A stretch of DNA of 64,000 nt from a bacterium (lineage in GTDB: Bacteria > Bacteroidota > Ignavibacteria > UBA10030). Both the position numbers and the translations under genes were made by a program. Positions 48,701-56,500 of this stretch are shown piece by piece. The notes under the pieces were generated by a model, which was not told the DNA's origin, searched no databases, and saw nothing but the letters and a program-made list of their open reading frames with translations. Each line of letters starts with the position of its first letter. Position 1 is the first letter of the stretch. The stretch covers positions 96,001 through 160,000 of the forward strand of contig JAZDJN010000087.1 of NCBI GenBank assembly GCA_043803945.1, written 5' to 3'.

Positions 48701-50266
48701 ACCGCATCACCATCAACGCTGTATATGCGAGTGCCGGCTGGTGCATTCAGTGGACCGGTTACCGTGACCCAGTATGGATTGACTGCAAAATCCAGCACAC
48801 CATTTCAGATCCTTCTGCCGGGCAGTCATGGATTCGACTCCACCTCATTTAATTTTGCCGCCAACCTTACGGTGACGTATAACAATGTCAGTTATCCCTA
48901 TACTACGGAATCCATCAAAGTTGCCGATTTCAATTGCGATGGAAAGCTCGAAGTAATGGCTTCACTCACCACCACACAAACACACCAGCTCATCACCTGG
49001 CTCAATGCAGGTATAAAAGATTCACTCAAATTCTCTATAAGTGGAAGCGGGGGCATGGCCGGTATGATTTCCATTAATGATTATGATGGAGATGGAAGAT
49101 TAGATATTGCCACGGGGGGGCTTGATGTGTGTCAGAATATCTCGCAGGGGCAGGAATCGGTCTTTGGCTATGTTAGCTATTTGACAGGGAATGCTCCAAA
49201 GGGAGTTGCCTCTGGAGATTTTGACGACGATGGGAAACCCGATATCGCTACGGTTGATAATACCGCGAATATACTCTCCGTTTTTCGAAATACCAGCATC
49301 CCAGGCACTATCTCTTTCGAGAAGAAAATTGATTATGCCACGGGCAGTGGCCCTTACTGCGTCGCCGTGGGCGATCTTACCGGTGACGGGAAACTCGATA
49401 TTGCCGTGACAAACCGAATGGCGAGCACCGTCTCACTCTATCGTAATACAAGTTCATCAGGAACAATTTCCTTCGCCTCGAAAGTAGACCTTGCTGCAGG
49501 AACATCCCCATGGGGTGTTGAAATAGCTGACATCAACAATGATGGAATTCCCGATCTGGTCGTAGCATGCACCTCCGATCGAGTGGTAACCATTTACCGC
49601 AATCTTGGTTCAGGCAGTACATTCAGCTTTGCTCCCAGGGTATCTTTCACTGCCGGCACCAGCACCAGCGGTCCTTTGGGACTCTCTCTTGCTGACCTTG
49701 ACGGCGACGGAAAACTCGATATCGGTGTGGCAATCAGTATTTACAATGTCAAGATGTTTTCACTGTTTCGAAATATCAGTACATTATCAGAGATTAAATT
49801 CGAATCTCGTCTCGATTTTTCGATGTCGACCTCGATCAACGCTTACGAAATTGCACTGGCAGACGTTGACCTCGACGGCAAGGTCGATGTTCTCTATGGC
49901 GGGTACGGCACCGGAGGAATCTCAATTTTCAAGAACATGCTTCCAGTCGTTGTTGGTGTGGAACAGGAACAAACCGGTATGCCGGCTGAATTTCGACTCG
50001 AACAGAATTACCCGAACCCCTTTAATCCTGCGACCTTCATTCGTTATCAACTTCCGGCAGCGTCAAGGGTTTCCATTAAAATTTTTAATGTGCTCGGCCA
50101 GGAAGTGGCTACGCTTGTGAACGGGGAACAGGATGCCGGTTCATATTCCATACAATGGAATGCAACCGCACCAAGCGGAATCTACTTCTGCCAAATGAGA
50201 GCATGGCCTGCTACAGGACAGAGGTCGGGGTTTGTCAAAACAAACAAAATGGTTTTACTCCATTAA
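45767..50266 (+). CDS. IPT/TIG + FG-GAP (VCBS) repeat surface protein with T9SS C-terminal domain
   Basis: Three 'P.I.S.SP..G..GT.(V)TI.G..F...P..N.VYFG' domains, many D.D.DGK.D repeats, LEQNYPNPFNP. Confidence 0.9.
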   Translation: MRSLLRIFTFILTTAVTLAQVPTITSFSPRSGPMETMVTIQGTNFSTVPSENIVYFGGVRATVTSATSTSLGVAVPPGAMLAPVTVTVGGLTAASTLPFITTFAGSQSIDNSSFAPKADFSTQVPSEIVHTADLNSDGKLDIITSYNILRNTSSTALSFAAGVPHTLGLGAFGTDMAADDFDGDGKLDLWGYSQSSGFLYIARNTSSGDGISFTTPISILISSIRSLSIGDLDFDGKPDILVCAGITIGVYRNTSTKGSISFAPLTTISTWITSFPSSAVLSDLDNDGKNEVVVSSGDNSMVVFKNSSTPGNFSFPSPTTIPVNATGFRMTSADLDNDGTIDLMLERNNVISVLRNTTTPGSFSFAAPFTLQLNSTAVQNYDLGDLNGDGKIDLVIVNQNDVRIILNKSTSGNLSFSPVVNIELGVQLWPFGVAVGDFDNDGRSDIASANKYSMSTSVFRNVVTPPPQNVLTITSVSPLSGPIGTTVTITGSNFNVTPLNNVVYFGATRATVVTASSVSLTVTVPLGATHEPITLVTNGMMTHSASEFNVTFPSQNVIHTGAFFRNIDIPTAKKPIDMVVNDFDNNGKSDIALIGRADTMIQIFRNTSDYGTPPFTKHLELPAIRSGKGLTDFFIYSLCGGDVNSDGKLDLIAICYDTIVVYPNTSTAGSISFGTKVSFPAEGIQWGDAALGDLDADGKLDLAVIKTDATLSIMRNLSSGSTILFGSPSPVAAAVAHDIKVIDLDADGRPEIIVRGGETNIQVFRNTSTPGAISFASPLIFTTDLNATSLDIADINNDGKQDIVVACWGGFSVFLNSSSAGTLSLAPKQTITPAMGIEVQALAFSDIDGDGKPDMVVTWYSVQGYGSFFKVLKNTSSGSTVSFSSAVNFMTPDRCNPFFVADLDNDSKPDILIPNPAKNTFSLYWNTVWPPQISKPVIQSISPTTGQMGTKFTITGSGFDPTPTKNNVYFGGARAEILTASPSTLYMRVPAGAFSGPVTVTQYGLTAKSSTPFQILLPGSHGFDSTSFNFAANLTVTYNNVSYPYTTESIKVADFNCDGKLEVMASLTTTQTHQLITWLNAGIKDSLKFSISGSGGMAGMISINDYDGDGRLDIATGGLDVCQNISQGQESVFGYVSYLTGNAPKGVASGDFDDDGKPDIATVDNTANILSVFRNTSIPGTISFEKKIDYATGSGPYCVAVGDLTGDGKLDIAVTNRMASTVSLYRNTSSSGTISFASKVDLAAGTSPWGVEIADINNDGIPDLVVACTSDRVVTIYRNLGSGSTFSFAPRVSFTAGTSTSGPLGLSLADLDGDGKLDIGVAISIYNVKMFSLFRNISTLSEIKFESRLDFSMSTSINAYEIALADVDLDGKVDVLYGGYGTGGISIFKNMLPVVVGVEQEQTGMPAEFRLEQNYPNPFNPATFIRYQLPAASRVSIKIFNVLGQEVATLVNGEQDAGSYSIQWNATAPSGIYFCQMRAWPATGQRSGFVKTNKMVLLH

Positions 50267-50354
50267 GGCTCGACCATAGACGACCGTATCTCCATCGTCA
50301 TGGCCGTTTATTGAAGTGCGCCGTATTACAAACCCCCTTCCAGCACACCGAAAC

Positions 50355-50402
50355 GGGGACAAGCTCAAACGCTTGAATTTGTCCCCTTCTTTTTGTTCTT
50401 TT
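50355..50402 (+). terminator. Rho-independent terminator
   Basis: GGGGACAAG...TTTGTCCCC followed by a T-rich tail. Confidence 0.6.
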
Positions 50403-50436
50403 ATACAGAACAAGTTGGTTATTCCTCTCTCCCTCA

Positions 50437-50667
50437 ATGAAAAACAAACTCATCGATACCGTTCTTGTCCTTGTCTACATTACTGCCCTCTTCTCTATAG
50501 GTTTTTCTTTTTCGAGTTGTGTCTCTTCCGAACTTGCTCTCCAAATGGAAACCTCGGTCAACTGTCCGTTAATGAAGAATCTTCAGGACAACGACGAAGA
50601 TCTCTTTCAAATTGAAGACGGCATTGGCGCCGTTGGGGAGGCCTCAGCCTGCCCCACGTGAGGGTAG
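50437..50667 (+). CDS. Small lipoprotein selenoprotein ending CPT-U-G (DUF4266-like)
   Basis: Lipobox FSSC; ...GIGAVGEASA-C-P-T-TGA(50659-50661)-GGG-TAG; CxxU motif and downstream SECIS-like hairpin. Confidence 0.8.
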
Positions 50668-50671
50668 GTCC

Positions 50672-50691
50672 TATGTTTCAGGTGAAACATA
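50672..50691 (+). promoter_or_regulatory. SECIS-like hairpin
   Basis: TATGTTTC-AGGT-GAAACATA, perfect 8-bp stem at +11 after the TGA; same geometry as 19433-19452. Confidence 0.8.
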
Positions 50692-51707
50692 CGAATACTA
50701 TCTCTCGAGTTCGCATCCTCTTCGGAGTGCTGGTTGCGGCTATACTGTTCTCTCCCTCACCTGTTACTGCGCAAGGATATGACGATGCTTTCGAAATGAG
50801 AAGCAAGCTCAAGGTAGAGGTACAATATGCCGACTATGGGGAGTACGAATACCCTGAGCCAATCCTTTACCAGTATGGTCTCTCACCCTATCAACAACGT
50901 TATCCTTACATCGTCAATTTTCCTGAGCGGCGGGGACTCATCAAATTCAGCAGATTGGTGAGTAGTGAGACGGTTCTTGGATTCAAATATCAATTCTCCG
51001 ATCTCCGTGAAGATGTCAAGCAGCATCTCTTCGAAACAAAACTGACGAAAACACTGGATATCGGAATTATCGGTATAGCTGCGGCACAGCTTCTTCGTGA
51101 TTCCCGGGGATTTTCTGCGGTTCAATACGGAACAGGAATAAGCTGGGAGCCAAACGCAATCACATTGTTCCAGGGAGACATCCAGTATTATTATCGAGGA
51201 GATGCTGCTAGTAGTGTGGGCGGAAGATTAGGAACTGCCAATGCACGTTTGAAGTTCAGACAAGTCTTAACGCTTTCAACCGCCCTGCAAGCCGAGTATA
51301 GTTTCTATAACGCAGCGGGCAACTCGTTGAAGTTCAACTCGCAGAGCCTGGCACTGTGGCTCAGCCAATTTTTCAAGACACAAACAGCTATTCATGTCAA
51401 TGGCCGGTTCTATACAAACACGATGGGCATTCAATCCTTCTCCCCCTCTCTGGAAATTGCTCAATATATCGACTGGGCGACCGTTCTCTGGCTGAAGTTC
51501 CGGTACTATACAAACGAGAGCAGGAATGTCTCCTTCGGTGAGCAGGGTGTCTATATCCCCAACGGTTTAAGATCGACCTCGGTGAGCGCGCAGGTAAATC
51601 ATGAACTAACTCCCTCTCTGCTGGTTTACGGGAAATATCGGTACTACAAGAGTAACCTAAACATCCAGATGAATACCTATCTCACTGGATTGGTCTATTC
51701 CTTTTAG
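50673..51707 (+). CDS. Outer-membrane beta-barrel protein (DUF3570-like by context)
   Basis: Signal peptide, amphipathic beta-strands rich in Y/R, C-terminal ..GLVYSF. Confidence 0.75.
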   Translation: MFQVKHTNTISRVRILFGVLVAAILFSPSPVTAQGYDDAFEMRSKLKVEVQYADYGEYEYPEPILYQYGLSPYQQRYPYIVNFPERRGLIKFSRLVSSETVLGFKYQFSDLREDVKQHLFETKLTKTLDIGIIGIAAAQLLRDSRGFSAVQYGTGISWEPNAITLFQGDIQYYYRGDAASSVGGRLGTANARLKFRQVLTLSTALQAEYSFYNAAGNSLKFNSQSLALWLSQFFKTQTAIHVNGRFYTNTMGIQSFSPSLEIAQYIDWATVLWLKFRYYTNESRNVSFGEQGVYIPNGLRSTSVSAQVNHELTPSLLVYGKYRYYKSNLNIQMNTYLTGLVYSF

Positions 51708-51836
51708 ACCACTGATTATCGCTGATTAACACTGATTATCACTGAGAAAAGTAAGTAGGTTGAGATCTTGTTCGAAGAAATAGCAAATAGAATCTTTGTC
51801 TGCGTTCGGGGCTGACTAAAAAGAGAACTCGCGGAC

Positions 51837-51985
51837 TGTCATTCCGGCAATCTTCTAGCCGCCTGCCTGACGAAGTGTTCGTCACGCAGGCAGGGAATCC
51901 AGACAAAGGCTAAATCAATACACTGGACACCGGATTGAAGTTCCGCTGTACGGGATGCCGTAAAGCGGCACATTCCGGTGTGACG
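51837..51985. repeat. REP/RPE-like composite palindrome with a nested 33-bp CCTGCC...GGCAGG element (51862-51894)
   Basis: GTCATTCCGGC..GCCG[insert]GAATCCAG....CTGGACACCGG...CCGGTGTGAC. Confidence 0.65.
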
Positions 51986-52051
51986 CGTCATTTCTTTTTA
52001 GACGACCCCAAATTGGCGTGCCATCGGTGGAGAATTTACTTAATTACAGCA

Positions 52052-52825
52052 ATGAACAGAACTCGCGCTATAGGATTGTTGCTCTTTCTTCTCTCCTGGT
52101 TCTTGCTGCAGCAGTGCGGCGAGGCTCCTCCGACAATTCCGGAACTGTTTACCGGATCGCTTAAAATAACGGCATCTGATCCGGCAATCAAATCTCTGGC
52201 AATCGACCTTGACGACATAAAGCTTGGTCTCTTTCCGAATCCGGCATTGGTATCAGATCTTACAATCGGCACTCATAAACTTCTGGTCACCGGAGACAAT
52301 AAGGCTTCATCAGTACTACTCGTAACCATCGCACGAAATCAGCAAACCAATATTGTTCTCGAATTGCTGGCCGAAGGTGCGTTTCTAGGACAGAAAGCTC
52401 CAGATTTTGCTGTGACGACTATCCTGAATGAGCGATTCTCCCTTGAGTCGCAGAAAGGCAAAGTGGTGCTTCTTGCCTTTTTTGAACATACCTGACTGGA
52501 GTGCATTCAGGCGGAGTTGCCGTCTGTGCAATGGGTTGTCGGAGCAGCATTCTCGCCCGAGCAGTTGACGATATTGGGCGTGAATACTACATCCTCAACT
52601 GAGTGGTTGTTGAATTATCGCACCCAGTCGGGTATCACATTCCCATTCGCGTACGATCAGAAGAGCGAATTGTTTACCAAGTACAAAATCGGCGGAACGT
52701 ATGGATACTATCCGCCGACGTATATCATCATCGATCAGAACGGTATTGTCCGGTACAGAATTGACAACACCTTTAAACGAGCAGTGGAAATGGCAACTTG
52801 CATAAAAGGATTACTCACAAACTAA
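52052..52825 (+). CDS. TlpA/peroxiredoxin-like thioredoxin-fold selenoprotein (UxxC) with N-terminal PEGA-like domain, probable lipoprotein
   Basis: G.KAPDF...GKVVLLAFFEHT-TGA(52493-52495)-LECIQAELP joins ORFs 51935 and 52517 in one frame; later YPPTYIIIDQNG.VRY. Confidence 0.9.
52502..52530 (+). promoter_or_regulatory. SECIS-like hairpin
   Basis: TGCA..CAGGCGG-AGTTG-CCGTCTG.TGCA. Confidence 0.7.
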
Positions 52826-52851
52826 CCAAGGCAAACCTTGATGGAGGCGCT

Positions 52852-55161
52852 ATGAAAACGAAAGTGAGTATTATAATTCTGCTGATCCCGGTGATGATTG
52901 TGTCACAGAGCAAATCTTGGGAAGCGATGGGTCCAGAGGGGGGAAGAATTGCTGCGTTCGCCCAGGATCCTCAAAACGGCGCCATCTTGTACACAACAAC
53001 CTATGGATATCCCAGCAAAATCTTTAAGTCTTCAACTCACGGACAACAATGGAACGTGGTTGGATCGATCAACGATTATATCAGTGGATTTGCTATTGAT
53101 CCACGTATAAGCGCAATCATCTATGTGTTCTCCTCGAGCCGGCTCTATCGAAGCACAAATGGCGGGCAGATCTGGTCATCGATTCCGTTGCCGGCGAATT
53201 ATTACCTCTATGACATTTGCCTCGATCCGATAAAATCCAACACGATTCATGCAAGCGGCTATCATTACGTCTCCGGCACAACATACCAGTCGTACGTCGC
53301 TTATCTGAACAGCACGAACGCCGGTGCATCCTGGACAACAAACGATATTCTGCTGACGTTGAGCTACAATGAGGGATATGGGCGAGCCATCGCTGTCGAT
53401 AGTTCTGATAATCAAACAATCCTCATTGGGGGTTACGTCTATGTACTCTCTGGCAGTTTGTACAACGGATATGGCAAACTCCTTCGCAGCACAAACAGCG
53501 GCGTTAGTTTTTCCGACGTGACACCATCGGGTTCAGGGTATTTCTACGATGTTGCTATCGATCCGAAAAATTCCGGGAAGGCCTACGCAGCATCGTCGGG
53601 TGGTGTCTATCGAACAACAGACAAGGGATTAACCTGGCTGCGGAATAATGGTTTTGTGGGCATCTGTTACTATCTTTCCCTCGATAAGGCGAATCCCAAT
53701 AACCTTCTCGCTCAATCATACGGCCAACTCTACCGGAGCACTGACGCTGGAATCAACTGGCTTCAATCACTTACGACCGGGTCGGGGTATTCGGGGATCA
53801 TCATGGAGAACTCTCCATCGCAGTACATGTTTTATGCCAACGACGCCGGCATTTTCCAATCCAGCAACCGCGGCAACACCTGGGAACCCTGCAATCGCGG
53901 TATTACCTCTGCAAATATCACCTCACTGTATACTCCATCTTCCTCGATGCCAATCCTGTATGCAGGATTCCAATACAATACAGTATTCAAAACCACGGCT
54001 GCAACTAACCCGTCGGTATCGTGGCAGATGCTGGATCGATTTTACACATGCACCAATATCAACGCAATACTCTCATTGCCGGAAGATCCGAACAAGCTTT
54101 ATGCTCTGGAGGGCGGCGGCTGAGGTAACTCTGGGCTCTATATGAGCACAAACGGCGGCGCCGCTTGGAAACAACTCAACCAGACGCTTGATGAAGGATA
54201 CGCAGTTGTCACTGTCCCCGGAAGTGTTTTTACCGGAGGATGTCTTGTCGATAGTGCGCTTTCAAAGATGGCTGTTATCAAACTCACCATTGATGGTACG
54301 CTAACCAACACATCGATCCTGAGTTCTGAAGCCGGTGAGGTGAAGGCCATGGCTGTCCATCCCATAAATTCTTCTATCGTGTATGCGGGTGGAACCTATC
54401 GTGATATTTCATACTATAACTGCAGTCGATTATATAAAACGATAAATGGCGGAAGCAGTTGGTTTGAAATCGGTAAAACTAGTTTCAACATCAAAAACGA
54501 TGGAGTGTACGGTCTCTGTGTCGATCCATCGAATCCGGCTAAACTTCTTGCCGCAACAAACCTTGGTGTTCTTGTCAGTGAAAACGAGGGTACGACATGG
54601 AGCTCGGCAGCGCAGAAATTAAATTGCACCTCGCTTCTCCCCGACCCTTTAACGCCCAACCGGTATTTTCTCGGAACAAGAACCGGCGTCTATATCAGCA
54701 TTGATGGCGGGAAGTCCTGGCAGCAACTCGGGGGCCAATTAACTGCAACACCGGTTCTCTCGCTCGCTTATGATAAAATAGCAAAGGTCCTTTATGCCGG
54801 GACAGAAGGGCAGGGTGTTTACCGCTATAGCCTCTCGACAACAAATGTTGCTTCAGCACCCTTTGATGTGCCCGACGAATTTGCGCTGTACCAGAATTAT
54901 CCCAACCCGTTTAATCCATTGACAATAATCGATTTTCAATTGCCGATTACCACAATGGTGACACTTAGTGTTTTTGACCTTCTCGGCCGCGAGGTGGCAA
55001 TACTGGTGAATGAAGAAAAAACGGCGGGAAGGTACTCCGTTTCATGGAATGCATCGAACACTCCGAGCGGTATTTATTTTTACAGACTGTTGACCGGCGA
55101 CGCCAACCATGAACCAAGGGCAAGTCTCTGTCAGACAAAAAGAATGATCATCCTGAGATAA
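52852..55161 (+). CDS. BNR/VPS10-type beta-propeller selenoprotein with T9SS C-terminal domain (769 aa, Sec424)
   Basis: Signal peptide, W..MGPEGG start, S.N.G..W Asp-box repeats; YALEGGG-TGA(54121-54123)-GNSGLYMSTNGG joins ORFs 52798 and 54142 in frame; LYQNYPNPFNP. Confidence 0.8.
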
Positions 55162-55211
55162 TTTTTCGAATCTACTGTCTCTTCAAGCAGGACTATTATC
55201 GGACGGAAAGT

Positions 55212-56084
55212 TTGAGTACCTTGCTTTTATCCTATCACTTTGCAGCGACAATGATCCTTGCCCCAATGACTCCCTTACTGGCACAGCGACTCTGTGCTGC
55301 ACTTCACTGCAGCCTCCCCACAAAAAAAATGGTCGACGATATTTATCGGGCTGCACCAGTAAAACTTGCACCGCAGCCTATCCCCCCCAGCGGTGCCATG
55401 ATAACGGTGCCCGTGTTTGCCGCTCATAATGATTCGGTGCGACAATAACGCTCTGCTTCATTATCACAATTTCCCCTGGGTGTTCTGATAGGCGGAACAA
55501 AGAAGGATGTAATTATCTCAAACAGAATTTATACCAACCTAAAAATAAATGTCCCCAAGCCGGTCGTGATTTATGGATGGCATAAGCTCGATGGAACACC
55601 GATACAACCCGTCTATAACGGCCACGAGCAGACCTACGCCGATTACAGCCATGGCATTCGCCTTGTGAAGGATACCGTGCTGGTTGATGGTATCCCGAGA
55701 TTTCTCTCTTCGGTGCTTGCTGATCCGGTGTATCATCTTCTCTTGAGCGACGAAGGAATCATTTCCATTCCCTATTACACTTTATCTACCCATGTATTAC
55801 CCGAAGAGGTTCCACCGCCCTATCAATTTCAACTCCATCAAAACTATCCAAATCCATTCAACCCAATTACAACAATCTGTTTTACTGTGTCATCTTCTGG
55901 TAAGTATCAGCTCAGGGTGTACACCTTAACAGGAAAGGAAGTTAGCGTACTTGAATATCAGGAGTTGTATGCGGGTAATCAGACGGTTCGGTATGATGCT
56001 CGTGATCTGCCCTCGGGAACATATTTCTACAAATTAGAGAGCAAGAACGGTGCACTCATCAGAAAAATGACGCTGGTGAAATGA
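55212..56084 (+). pseudogene. 5'-truncated T9SS-domain protein gene with an internal TAA
   Basis: PMTPLLAQR...HNDSVRQ-TAA(55446-55448)-RS...GGTKKDV..VVIYGWH..YADYSHGIRLV..QNYPNPFNP in one frame; no signal peptide or credible start. Confidence 0.75.
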
Positions 56085-56420
56085 AAGATCCTGAGATGGG
56101 AGAGAGTTCCGCCAATCCGCCAAAAAGATGGCGGACAAGTCCACCCCCGACATTAAAGCGTTGAACTGCCGGTCATCCGCCTGAATAGACCTAATCGTTC
56201 GCTGCTCAGCGAAATCTGATAGAAAGCGAATGAACTTTCACGGCGAGATTACTCTCTCTTTCGTTGCCGAAAGATATGGTTCGGGTATTTATCATTACCA
56301 CATTTAAAAGGTGAGCAGCATTTTCACGCGCAGAGTATTTTTTTGAAAGACCATTTTCCCAAACCATGTGATGGTTGCCTTTCACCTGAAACTCGTGTAG
56401 CTTTAATTCACTGAGGGTTG

Positions 56421-56452
56421 AATCCCCCGCTGCTTGCGGCGGGGAGCTTCAT
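56421..56452. mobile_element. Possible isolated IS200/IS605-type end hairpin (no transposase)
   Basis: AATCCCCCGCTGCTTGCGGCGGGGAGCTTCAT, imperfect GC-rich hairpin resembling IS605-family ends. Confidence 0.35.
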
Positions 56453-56500
56453 TTTTATCACTGTTCTTTTTTTATCATCTGCCTGAAAGCTCCTGCCGAT

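Noticed and set aside
55446-55448. In-frame stop as possible Sec/Pyl recoding
   Set aside because: The codon is TAA, which is not decoded as Sec or Pyl, and the gene is also 5'-truncated.
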